A stretch of 64,000 nt of DNA from an uncultured Oscillospiraceae bacterium (GTDB taxonomy: Bacteria > Bacillota > Clostridia > Oscillospirales > Oscillospiraceae): the NCBI GenBank assembly GCA_934565615.1, contig CAKTIH010000001.1, positions 834 through 64,833 of the forward strand, given 5' to 3'. The notes under the pieces were generated by a model that was not told where the DNA came from, did no database searches, and saw only the letters and a program-made list of their open reading frames with translations. This document shows positions 1-8,401 of the stretch, in pieces. Both the position numbers and the translations under genes were made by a program. Position 1 is the stretch's first letter; the number at the start of each line of letters is the position of its first letter.

Positions 1-936
1 CTTATGGACTCCCTGCATCTCGGCCGCTGCGCTCTGAACCCGACCACCATGCAGCACACCAGATACTACATTGCTCCCACCAAGAAGGCCAAGAGAGTCG
101 CCATCATCGGCGGCGGCATCGGCGGTATGGAGTCTGCTCTGGTTCTGCATCAGCAGGGCAACATCCCCGTTATCTTTGAAAAGACCAATGAGCTGGGCGG
201 TCTGTTCCTGACTGCTTCCGCCATGACCTTCAAAGAGAACGATAAGGAGCTCATCCGCTGGTACAAGAGAGAGATTGAGAAGGCCGGCATTGAAGTCCAC
301 TTCAACACCGAAGTCACCGACGTCAACACCATCGGCAAGTTCGACGCTGTCATCATCGCCACCGGTTCCACTCCCAGAACCATGCCCATGATCCCCGGCT
401 TTGAGAAGGCTCTCACCTTCACTCAGCTGCTCAAGGAGAAGCATGAGGTCGGCGATAAGGTCCTCTTCCTCGGCGGCGGCCAGTCCTCCTGCGAGGCTGC
501 ATATGACCTGCTCCTCAACTACGGCAAGCACCCCATCATTGTCGAGTTTGCAAACGACCTCGTCAAGTCCGATGTCACCTGCCTTGCCAACACCTCCTTC
601 CTGCGTGATGCTATGGAGTACCACAAGGTTCCCGTTTACCTCCAGTCCACCATCACCGAGATCACCGACAAGGGCTGCACCGTTAAGAACGTCAAGACCG
701 GCGAGAAGTTCTTCGTCGAGTGCGATAACGTTGTCAACGGCATCGGCTTCGTTCCCACTCCTGTCGGCGGCAAGGATCTGTCCCGCAAGGTCAAGGGCAA
801 GGAGACCATCTTCCGTGTCGGCGACTGTGTTGCCATCGGCAACCTGCGTACCGTTATCTGGCGCGCATGGGATGTCTGCATGTACATCAACGGCAACAAC
901 CAGGGTATCGAGAACATCATCGATAAGTTCATCTGA
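1..936 (+). CDS. NAD(P)/FAD-dependent oxidoreductase, C-terminal part (5' end lies outside the window); resembles the FAD/NAD domain of 2,4-dienoyl-CoA reductase / enoate reductase-type flavoenzymes
   Basis: Frame is open to base 1. Dinucleotide-binding motif VAIIGGGIGGMESA and a second LFLGGGQSSCE motif. Followed by a hairpin terminator. Confidence 0.75.
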   Translation, partial: LMDSLHLGRCALNPTTMQHTRYYIAPTKKAKRVAIIGGGIGGMESALVLHQQGNIPVIFEKTNELGGLFLTASAMTFKENDKELIRWYKREIEKAGIEVHFNTEVTDVNTIGKFDAVIIATGSTPRTMPMIPGFEKALTFTQLLKEKHEVGDKVLFLGGGQSSCEAAYDLLLNYGKHPIIVEFANDLVKSDVTCLANTSFLRDAMEYHKVPVYLQSTITEITDKGCTVKNVKTGEKFFVECDNVVNGIGFVPTPVGGKDLSRKVKGKETIFRVGDCVAIGNLRTVIWRAWDVCMYINGNNQGIENIIDKFI

Positions 937-960
937 TTTCTCGGTTAAACCTTATAACAA

Positions 961-999
961 AACCCAGCAGGGCCTCGGCTCTGCTGGGTTTCTGTTTAC
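961..999 (+). terminator. Rho-independent terminator of the oxidoreductase gene
   Basis: AACCCAGCAG (961-970) pairs with CTGCTGGGTT (981-990), followed by a T-rich tract tctgttt. Confidence 0.8.
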
Positions 1000-1009
1000 T
1001 GTCGGAATA

Positions 1010-1039
1010 TTGAAAACCTTGTGTAATATATGCTATAAT
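1010..1039 (+). promoter_or_regulatory. sigmaA-type promoter for the AT-rich islet gene
   Basis: TTGAAA (1010-1015), 18-nt spacer, TATAAT (1034-1039). AAGGAG at 1065-1070. Confidence 0.55.
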
Positions 1040-1082
1040 ATTCATATCCCATAAGTGCTGTTTTAAGGAGTGTGCTTCTCTT

Positions 1083-1706
1083 ATGTCAGATAACCTTAGG
1101 CGTATGAAAAAAATGGTTTATTCTCCCTCAATATTTTGGCTGGTTATGAGCTGTTTAGGTTTTGCTATTTTTGTTATCCTTTCGCACTTTGCTTTGACAG
1201 AACTCATCACGCAGCCTCCTTCGTCTCAATTATTAGATCAGATCGCATATATATTTTTTGCTTTTGCCTTCATAGCTTTTATAATAGAGATTATCTTTGC
1301 AATATTAATATTTGATTTTTGGTGCAGGCCTGTTATCTTAACTGAAAATGAGCTCGCACGCGGTTTTATTTTCAGAAAAAGGATCAGGAAAGAAGATATA
1401 ACTGGTATAGGCCTTGCCACTGTATACGGCACAAAGACACCTGAGTCAATATATAATAATTGTAAATACGCAGTGTATGTTTGTACCGGCCAATATGATG
1501 AAGCCTTAATTAAAAGAATCGGCATTTGGGAAACCTTGATGTGCAGTGAGCTAATCCAAGTACTGCGTAAATGCCGTTCATTGCTGAAAAAGAACGGTAC
1601 AGGCATCGCAAGCTTTGATAAGCAGGCATATCCAGACACTATATTCTTTCTGGGAGAGGATTTAAACTCGTACGCAGTCATAAAAGCATGGATGTCCGAA
1701 GCATAG
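1083..1706 (+). CDS. hypothetical membrane protein (two N-terminal TM helices plus a soluble C-terminal domain, possibly bacterial PH-like)
   Basis: 207-aa ORF that is markedly AT-rich compared with both flanks. It has its own promoter and a bidirectional terminator. Hydrophobic segments IFWLVMSCLGFAIFVILSHF and IAYIFFAFAFIAFIIEIIFAILIF. No recognisable catalytic motif. Confidence 0.6.
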   Translation: MSDNLRRMKKMVYSPSIFWLVMSCLGFAIFVILSHFALTELITQPPSSQLLDQIAYIFFAFAFIAFIIEIIFAILIFDFWCRPVILTENELARGFIFRKRIRKEDITGIGLATVYGTKTPESIYNNCKYAVYVCTGQYDEALIKRIGIWETLMCSELIQVLRKCRSLLKKNGTGIASFDKQAYPDTIFFLGEDLNSYAVIKAWMSEA

Positions 1707-1749
1707 CTCCCGCCGGGAATACTTGATGTATTGCCAAGGCCATTAAACC

Positions 1750-1786
1750 AAAAAGTTCCGACTCTTCGAATGAGTCGGAACTTTTT
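1750..1786. terminator. bidirectional hairpin terminator (islet gene on +, fprA on -)
   Basis: AAAAAGTTCCGACTC / GAGTCGGAACTTTTT perfect 15-bp inverted repeat with a 7-nt loop, flanked by A-run and T-run. Confidence 0.85.
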
Positions 1787-1810
1787 CTGACTAATTAGTC
1801 GTATACTCTC

Positions 1811-3016
1811 TTACCCCTTGATGTCCGCCGCAATGGCATCGGCGAGGGCGTCAAGCTCCGCAAGCTGGCTCTCAGCGAGGGAGGAACGCAGCGTCACGTT
1901 CTCTCCGATGAATTCGCACTTTTTGAGTGCCGAGAGCATTTCGCGCATCAGCTTGCCGCTCGTGGGTGCCCACGTGCCGTTCTCTATGACGGCGATCTTT
2001 CTGTTCTGAAGATTGTGGTTCACGATGTCATGCAGCAGGTTCTCCATCGTCACGAACACGCCGTTGTTATAGGTCGTCGCCGCAAAGACAAGGTGGCTGC
2101 TTCTGAACGCCGCGGAGAGGATGTGGTTCGCCGGGATGACCGAGGTGTCAAACATGCGCACCGTCACTCCGCGCTCGCAGAGCTTCGCGGCAAGGACGTT
2201 CGCGGCGTTCTCCGTGTGGCCGTATACCGACGCATACGCCAGCATGACGCTCTTCTCCTCCGGTGCGTAGCTGCTCCAGAGCTGGTACTTCTCAAGATAC
2301 GTTCCGAAGTCCTTGCGCCACACGAAGCCGTGCAGCGGGCAGACATAGGCGATCTCAAGCGCCGCGGCCTTCTTCAGCACCGCCTGCACCTGCATGCCGT
2401 ACTTGCCGACGATGTTTGTGTAATAGCGCCGCGCTTCATCAAGGAACTCTGCCATGAAGTCGCATTCGTCCGCAAAGAGCTTGCCGTTGAGCGCACCGAA
2501 GGTGCCGAAAGCGTCCGCCGAGAAGAGTATCTTATCCGTCAGGTCATAGGTCATCATTACCTCCGGCCAGTGCACCATCGGCGCCATGACAAAGGTCAGC
2601 TCGTGGCGGCCTGCCTTGAAGGTGTCGCCCTCCTTGACGATGTCCATCCGCGCGCTGAAATCGTCGCCGCGGAAGAACTGCGCTATCATTGTCCTTATCT
2701 TGTCGTTGCATATCACGCGCGTCTCCGGGTGTCGCTGCAGAAGCAGCTCAAGCGTCGCCGCGTGATCCGGCTCCATGTGCGAGACAACGATGTAGTCAAG
2801 CCCGCGCCCGCCGAGCGCATGGTCGATGTTCTCAAAGAACTGCCCGAACACGGCCTTGTCCACCGTGTCGAAGAGCACGGTCTTTTCGTCCGTCAGCAGG
2901 TATGAATTGTAGGAGACTCCGTTCGGCACATCGTATGCGCCCTCGAAGCATACGAGCCGTCTGTCGTCCGCGCCTACCCAAATAAGATCATCCAGAACCT
3001 TTCTTGTGCAATACAT
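1811..3016 (-). CDS. fprA: FprA-family A-type flavoprotein (flavodiiron protein: metallo-beta-lactamase-like plus flavodoxin domains)
   Basis: 401 aa. N-terminus VSYNSYLL...VVSHMEPDHAA (di-iron site motif H-x-E-x-D-H). C-terminal flavodoxin-like domain. GGGAGG RBS 8 nt upstream, 13 nt after the larC stop. Confidence 0.85.
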   Translation of the reverse strand: MYCTRKVLDDLIWVGADDRRLVCFEGAYDVPNGVSYNSYLLTDEKTVLFDTVDKAVFGQFFENIDHALGGRGLDYIVVSHMEPDHAATLELLLQRHPETRVICNDKIRTMIAQFFRGDDFSARMDIVKEGDTFKAGRHELTFVMAPMVHWPEVMMTYDLTDKILFSADAFGTFGALNGKLFADECDFMAEFLDEARRYYTNIVGKYGMQVQAVLKKAAALEIAYVCPLHGFVWRKDFGTYLEKYQLWSSYAPEEKSVMLAYASVYGHTENAANVLAAKLCERGVTVRMFDTSVIPANHILSAAFRSSHLVFAATTYNNGVFVTMENLLHDIVNHNLQNRKIAVIENGTWAPTSGKLMREMLSALKKCEFIGENVTLRSSLAESQLAELDALADAIAADIKG

Positions 3017-3029
3017 AAGCGTACCTCCC

Positions 3030-4199
3030 TCAGTTAATAAGCTTTTTTATCTCCATCAGGCTCATGCCCGTTTCCTTGGCTATCTTCACAAGGTCGTCAT
3101 ACTCGGCCTTCTGCCGGGAAACGCCCCAGCCGGATGCGCGCTTGATGCCTACCGTTCCTATGCCGCTGTCCTGCTGCGCTGCCGCCCTGCTGAGTACATG
3201 CCTTGCGCATACGTGCTCGCGCACGCCGAGCGTCGTCGTGTTCTTGAATATGCAGCGGAGCATGTCGTCCCGCTGCCCCTGGCGGCACAGGCAGCTGAGC
3301 ATCGTCCCCGGGCGGCACTTCTTCATGCCGATCGCCGTGAACCACACGTCGAGCGCCCCTGCCTCGAACAGCCGCTCCATCGCAAAGCCGAGCTCCTCGG
3401 CGGTCATATCGTCGATATTGCAGCTCAGCTCCAGCACCTCGTCATGCTCTCTCTCCGTCTCGCCCAACAGGGCGCGGACGGCATTGAGCACCTCAAAGTC
3501 CTTTTTGCCAGTCCCGTAGCCCGCCATGCTGACGGTCATCACCGGCGCTTCGCCGAACTCGTCCACGAAATATCTGAGCAGCGCCGCGCCCGTCGGGGTG
3601 CACAGCTCGCTCTTTATCTTGCCTGAATACGTTGGTATGCCGCGCAGTATAAGCTCCGTCGCCGGGGCAGGCACGGGCAGTACACCATGCGCGCACTTCA
3701 CCGTTCCGCCGCCGACGTTAATGGGCGATGCGTACACCTTCTCCGGTGCGAGCAGGTACATCAGCATGCACACGTTCAGCATGTCCGCCATCGCGTCAAT
3801 GCTGCCAACCTCATGGAAATGCACGTTCTCCACGGCGCAGCCGTGTACGCTGCTCTCCGCCGCGGCGATTATCTTATAGACCTCCGCCGCGTCGTGCCGC
3901 ACCTTTTCCGGAAGCGGTACAGACTCAATGAAGCGCATGATCTCCCCAATGTCCGTGTGCTTGTGGTGACCGTGGTACTGCGCGCCCTCGCTCTCCTCGT
4001 CGCCGTCAATGGTCACGGTGACGTGCGTGCCGGTCACGCCGCACTTGGTGTCGGGCGCGGCGCTTACGACCGCCCTGCCGTCAAATACCCTGTTCATTTC
4101 CGCAAGGAACTTTTCTTTCTCGGGGTACAACTCCAGCAGCGCCGCGGTGAGCATGTCCCCCGCCGCGCCCATCGAGCAGTCAAAATACAGCGCTCTCAT
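3030..4199 (-). CDS. larC: nickel pincer cofactor biosynthesis protein LarC (nickel insertion, DUF111 family)
   Basis: 389 aa. N-terminus MRALYFDCSMGAAGDMLTAALLEL is typical of LarC. Overlaps the larE stop by 4 nt. Confidence 0.9.
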   Translation of the reverse strand: MRALYFDCSMGAAGDMLTAALLELYPEKEKFLAEMNRVFDGRAVVSAAPDTKCGVTGTHVTVTIDGDEESEGAQYHGHHKHTDIGEIMRFIESVPLPEKVRHDAAEVYKIIAAAESSVHGCAVENVHFHEVGSIDAMADMLNVCMLMYLLAPEKVYASPINVGGGTVKCAHGVLPVPAPATELILRGIPTYSGKIKSELCTPTGAALLRYFVDEFGEAPVMTVSMAGYGTGKKDFEVLNAVRALLGETEREHDEVLELSCNIDDMTAEELGFAMERLFEAGALDVWFTAIGMKKCRPGTMLSCLCRQGQRDDMLRCIFKNTTTLGVREHVCARHVLSRAAAQQDSGIGTVGIKRASGWGVSRQKAEYDDLVKIAKETGMSLMEIKKLIN

Positions 4200-4951
4200 A
4201 CACTTTTCTCCCTGACCTTCGGGTCTATCGTCACGGAGTCAAAATACTCCGCCAGCTTCTTCTCTATCTCCGGGAAGCGCTCATGTGCGCGCTCCGTCTG
4301 CTCTGCCGTGAATTGCAGCAGTGCTCCGTTTCCGCGCACGCGGACGCGGAAATCCGTAAAGCCCAGTGAAAACAGATAGTCCTCGCTCTGCTCAACGGCA
4401 TTCAGCTTCTCCGCCGTGATCTCCTCCCCGCTCGCTATGCGCGTGGCGAGGCAGGCGTAGGCGGGCTTATCCCATGTCGGCAGCCCCGCCTCGTGCGACA
4501 GGCGGCGTATCTCCGCCTTTGTCAGCCCGCATATTCTCAGCGGCGAGAGTATACCCTCCTCGCCGAGCGCCTTGTAGCCGGGTCGGTCGGATATATCGTC
4601 GCTGGCGTTCGTGCCGTCGATTATAAGCGCGTACCCATCGGCGCGGCTGCGTTCGCGTATCGCGCCCATGATGTGCTTCTTGCAGTAATAGCAGCGGTCG
4701 GGCGGGTTTGCCATGACCTCCGCGCAGGAAACGATGTTCTGCTCAATAAGCCTCATCCGCACGCCGAGCTTATGGGCAAGCTCTATCGCGTCGCGCTGCT
4801 CAAACTCCGGCTGGAACTGCGACTTCACATAGTACGCCGCAACGTCCGCGCCGCAGCGGCTTGCCGCGTACAGCAGATAGGACGAATCCACGCCGCCGGA
4901 GAAAGCCAACGCGATTTTATGGTGCTCTTCAAAAAATTCCTCAAGGGTCAT
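4196..4951 (-). CDS. larE: ATP-dependent sacrificial sulfur transferase LarE (PP-loop ATP pyrophosphatase)
   Basis: 251 aa. PP-loop SGGVDSS near the N-terminus and a conserved Cys in PAYACLATR. Sits between larB and larC. Confidence 0.9.
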   Translation of the reverse strand: MTLEEFFEEHHKIALAFSGGVDSSYLLYAASRCGADVAAYYVKSQFQPEFEQRDAIELAHKLGVRMRLIEQNIVSCAEVMANPPDRCYYCKKHIMGAIRERSRADGYALIIDGTNASDDISDRPGYKALGEEGILSPLRICGLTKAEIRRLSHEAGLPTWDKPAYACLATRIASGEEITAEKLNAVEQSEDYLFSLGFTDFRVRVRGNGALLQFTAEQTERAHERFPEIEKKLAEYFDSVTIDPKVREKSV

Positions 4952-4969
4952 GTGTATCTCTCCCGTTGC

Positions 4970-5722
4970 TCAATCAAGGTGGTTTATCATGCTGGCCATA
5001 TAGCCTGCGCCGAAGCCGTTGTCAATATTCACGACCGAGACGCCGCTCGCGCAGGAATTGAGCATGCTCAGCAGCGCCGCGACGCCGCCGAGGGACGCGC
5101 CGTAGCCCACGCTTGTCGGCACCGCGATGACCGGGCAGTCGGCAAGTCCGCCGATGACTGAGGGCAGTGCGCCTTCCATCCCGGCCACGGCGACGATTAC
5201 ACGCGCGGACATTATATCCTCCATGTGCGACAGCAGCCTGTGTATGCCAGACACGCCAACGTCGTAGAGCCGCAGCACCTCATTGCCGAGCACCTCCGCC
5301 GTCACGGCGGCCTCCTCTGCAACGGGGATATCGCTCGTCCCGCCGGTCGCGACGACTATCCGCCCCTTGCCGGTCGGTTCCGGGCGCTCGCCTATTATTC
5401 CGGTTCGCGACATCGGGTTATATTCCAGCGGCAGCTGTGCTCCGACATAGTCTGCCGCTTCCTTATTCATCCTTGTTACGAGCTCGGTCTTCTGTCCGTT
5501 TTCCAGCATTGCCTTCGCAATGGACAGAATATGCTCCTTGGTCTTGCCCTCGCCGTAGATCACCTCCGGTACGCCCTGGCGTATCCCGCGGTGAAAATCG
5601 ACCTTGGCAAACTCGCCTATCTCCATAAACGGCTGCATCTTCAGCTTGAGCGCCGCCTCCTCCGGCGATACGCTCCCATCCGCTACCTCCCTGAGCAACT
5701 CTGTCATCTCTGTTTTATCCAT
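4970..5722 (-). CDS. larB: nickel pincer cofactor biosynthesis protein LarB (PurE/AIR-carboxylase-like NaAD carboxylase/hydrolase)
   Basis: 250 aa. PurE-like core RIVVATGGTSDIPVAEEA ... AVAGMEGALPSVIGGL. First gene of the lar operon. Confidence 0.9.
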   Translation of the reverse strand: MDKTEMTELLREVADGSVSPEEAALKLKMQPFMEIGEFAKVDFHRGIRQGVPEVIYGEGKTKEHILSIAKAMLENGQKTELVTRMNKEAADYVGAQLPLEYNPMSRTGIIGERPEPTGKGRIVVATGGTSDIPVAEEAAVTAEVLGNEVLRLYDVGVSGIHRLLSHMEDIMSARVIVAVAGMEGALPSVIGGLADCPVIAVPTSVGYGASLGGVAALLSMLNSCASGVSVVNIDNGFGAGYMASMINHLD

Positions 5723-5983
5723 TGTATCAGCTCCTATTCAGCGCGGAATGGCTCTATCCGAAAACGTTTTATATAATTATACAGCACAGTGCGGATTTGC
5801 GCAAGCTCTCTTGCGTCAGTACGCCCTTAGATTTTCTCCCGGCTTCCGCCGTATATTTCTTAAAAATTCCAAAAACCGAAGAAAAATCTGGACTTTATTT
5901 ATCCCGCGGTGTACACTATACATTGTGTATTAGTTCTATTTATATACATCATTTGTAATTTATTGTATATTATTTGTAATGTT

Positions 5984-7300
5984 ATGAAAAGCTCTTTTTT
6001 CAAAACATCATACCGCATCCTGTGCGCCGCTCTGGCGGTTGCGGTCGTGCTGCCCTTCTCTCCCGAAGCATATGCGCTGACGGGTGAGTTTCAGTGCGGC
6101 CTTGAGGAGCACACGCATTATGATGCCTGCTACACTCCCGTCCTCATCTGCGAGCTTGAGGAAGCTCCCGAGTATCATGTGCATGATGATAATTGCTATG
6201 AGCAGTGCGAGACGCTTGTCTGCGCCGACGAAAGCCATGAGCATGACGAGACCTGCTATGAAAGCCAGCCTGTCCTGATCTGCGAGCTGCCTGAGTCTGA
6301 TGTCGTGGACGGCCACAGGCACGCCGACAGCTGCTATAAAAAGGAGCTGCACTGCACGGTTCCGGAGCACAGCCACAGCAGAAGCTGCTACTATGTCTCC
6401 ATGGACAATGTCGAGACTCCCGAGGATTGGGAGGCCACGCTGCCCGATACCCTGTCCGGCAACTGGCGTGACGATTTTGTATCTGTCGCGCTCTCGCAGC
6501 TCGGCTATACTCCGCTCGCTGAAAACTCCATTCCCGCCGAGGACGGTAAGACCATGCTGCCCTATACCCGTTACGGCGATTGGTACGGCTTCCCTTACGG
6601 GGAGTGGTGCGTCATGTTCGTCTCCTTCTGCGCAAACTACGCCGATATCCCCCGTGCCGCCGTGCCGTATGAATCCGGCTGCATCGCGATGGTCGACAGG
6701 CTCAGTAAAGCCGGGGTGTTTGAGTACGGCAGAAGCTATGTCCCCCGGCGCGGTGACCTCGTGTTCGTCTCGTATGACGATGGCCTGACTCCCTCGCATG
6801 TCGGTATCGTCACCGATGCGGCCGTGGCCTCCGGTTCCGGTGCGTTCAGCTTCGTCGATATCGAGGGCAACAGTGACGGCACCGTGCGCGAGCGCCCGCG
6901 CTCGACGGCGGACGCGGATATCTTCGGGTATATGAACATGGAAAAGGTCATAGACGGCTGGAACGGTACGCGGCGCGCGCTCATCGACTGCGGTGCGGCG
7001 ACGCTCTGTCTCAAGTACCCCGCCGAAGAAGCGGCAGACTTTGACACGCTCCGCGCCGTGAGTGTCGGCAAGCAGAGCAAAGAGTATGCGCGGCTCGTCA
7101 AAGAGCTTCCCGCTCATATATCCGACGCGGGTTCGTGCAGCTTTTACCGTATTGACGCGGAGCTTTCGGGCAAACCCGTTTCCCTCTCCCGTCCCGATAC
7201 CGTGAGCTTCTCTGACAGCGCAGACTTCTACGCTATGAGCGCCGGCATCATCGAGTACGGCGGCGCGGTCTATGCCTATGTCTGCCCGACCGGCGCATGA
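5984..7300 (+). CDS. secreted CHAP-domain peptidoglycan amidase/peptidase with an N-terminal Cys/His-rich repeat module
   Basis: Start re-set to ATG 5984 (MKSSFFKTSYRILCAALAVAVVLPFSPEAYA signal peptide). Five H-x-H-x3-CY repeats. CHAP-like core GEWCVMFVSFC ... GDLVF ... SHVGIV. Confidence 0.75.
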   Translation: MKSSFFKTSYRILCAALAVAVVLPFSPEAYALTGEFQCGLEEHTHYDACYTPVLICELEEAPEYHVHDDNCYEQCETLVCADESHEHDETCYESQPVLICELPESDVVDGHRHADSCYKKELHCTVPEHSHSRSCYYVSMDNVETPEDWEATLPDTLSGNWRDDFVSVALSQLGYTPLAENSIPAEDGKTMLPYTRYGDWYGFPYGEWCVMFVSFCANYADIPRAAVPYESGCIAMVDRLSKAGVFEYGRSYVPRRGDLVFVSYDDGLTPSHVGIVTDAAVASGSGAFSFVDIEGNSDGTVRERPRSTADADIFGYMNMEKVIDGWNGTRRALIDCGAATLCLKYPAEEAADFDTLRAVSVGKQSKEYARLVKELPAHISDAGSCSFYRIDAELSGKPVSLSRPDTVSFSDSADFYAMSAGIIEYGGAVYAYVCPTGA

Positions 7301-7340
7301 TGCTTATGCTCACTTGACAAGATAATACATGCTGCTTTAT

Positions 7341-7385
7341 AATTGCCGGGTTCGCGGAGTGACCGCCGGACCCGGCAATTTCTTT
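7341..7385 (+). terminator. Rho-independent terminator of the CHAP gene
   Basis: ATTGCCGGGT (7341-7350) pairs with ACCCGGCAAT (7369-7378), followed by ttctttac. Confidence 0.75.
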
Positions 7386-7401
7386 ACACGCAGGTGAGAC
7401 A

Positions 7402-8283
7402 ATGAAATCCTACAATTCCGATAAGCTCAAGCTGATAATCGCGCTCCTCATATACGGCACGATCGGCGTCGTCAGAAAGAACATCCCCTATCCGTCCAGC
7501 TTCATCGCGTTTGCCCGCGCCGCCATCGGCTTTCTCTTTCTGCTGTGCTTCCGCGTCATCACGCGCACATGGATAGACCGTACCGCCGTGAAGCGCAATC
7601 TCAAGACTCTGCTTCTCTCCGGTGCGCTGCTCGGCTTCAACTGGCTGCTGCTCTTCGAGGCGTATAATTACACCTCCGTCGCCGTGGCTACGGTGTGCTA
7701 TTACATGTCCCCCGTCTTTCTGATGCTTGCCTCCCCGCTCCTCGGAGAGCGGCTGACCGCGCGCAAGCTCGGCTGCGCTGCCGTTGCGCTTCTTGGTATG
7801 GTTCTCGTCTCCGGCGTTCTGGAAACCGGGCTGTACGGCCTCAAGGGTATCATTCTCGGTCTTGTCTCCGCCGTGACCTACGCGGTGATCGTCATGCTCA
7901 ACAAGACGCTCAAGGATATCTCCGCCGGGGACCGGACGATAATGCAGCTCGGCATTTCGAGTATCGTGATGCTGCCCTATGTACTGCTGACCGAGAACCT
8001 TGCCGCGCTCGAGTTCACTTTCACCCCGGTCATGCTGCTCCTCGTCGCGGGCATCGTCCACACCGGCTTTGCCTATACCCTATACTTCGGCGGCATCGCC
8101 GGTATCCCCGCGCAGACCGCCGCAGTGCTCAGCTACATAGACCCCATAACGGCTATCCTTCTGTCCGTCGTCCTCCTCCGTGAGGACATGAGCGCCGTCT
8201 CCGCCATAGGCTGTGTGCTCGTCATCGGCGCGATGCTCGTCAGTGAGATCGAACCGAAAAAGAAACGCACCGCCGCCGAATGA
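7402..8283 (+). CDS. EamA/DMT-family transporter
   Basis: 293 aa, about 10 TM segments with two EamA-like halves. N-terminus LIIALLIYGTIGVVRK is typical of the family. Confidence 0.8.
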   Translation: MKSYNSDKLKLIIALLIYGTIGVVRKNIPYPSSFIAFARAAIGFLFLLCFRVITRTWIDRTAVKRNLKTLLLSGALLGFNWLLLFEAYNYTSVAVATVCYYMSPVFLMLASPLLGERLTARKLGCAAVALLGMVLVSGVLETGLYGLKGIILGLVSAVTYAVIVMLNKTLKDISAGDRTIMQLGISSIVMLPYVLLTENLAALEFTFTPVMLLLVAGIVHTGFAYTLYFGGIAGIPAQTAAVLSYIDPITAILLSVVLLREDMSAVSAIGCVLVIGAMLVSEIEPKKKRTAAE

Positions 8284-8300
8284 ACAATATATTCCCACCA

Positions 8301-8335
8301 CTGCTCCGTTTCATACGGAGCAGTTTTCGTTTCTT
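8301..8335 (+). terminator. Rho-independent terminator of the DMT gene
   Basis: CTGCTCCGT / ACGGAGCAG hairpin followed by TTTTCGTTTCTTTCC. Confidence 0.8.
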
Positions 8336-8341
8336 TCCGTC

Positions 8342-8371
8342 TTGACATATCCTCCCGCGCCGCAATATAAT
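8342..8371 (+). promoter_or_regulatory. near-consensus sigmaA promoter of the merR-family gene
   Basis: TTGACA (8342-8347), 18-nt spacer, TATAAT (8366-8371). Confidence 0.7.
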
Positions 8372-8401
8372 GGCTTAAACCTTATAGCAGGAGGAGAGTT
8401 T

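Noticed and set aside
5909-5983. N-terminal extensions given by the ORF track (for example MYTIHCVLVLFIYIICNLLYIICNV before the CHAP signal peptide; similar cases at 8213, 25450, 27357, 31753, 38004, 39475, 41162, 50708, 51624 and 61342)
   Set aside because: The extensions start at non-ATG codons or lack an RBS, run through promoters, terminators or repeats, and precede an internal ATG that has a good RBS and a canonical N-terminus. Starts were moved accordingly.
5941-5983. Direct repeat ATTTGTAAT occurring twice (21 bp apart) just upstream of the CHAP gene start
   Set aside because: The sequence is short and lies in a very AT-rich region. It could be a regulator site, but chance occurrence is plausible and I have no supporting second locus.
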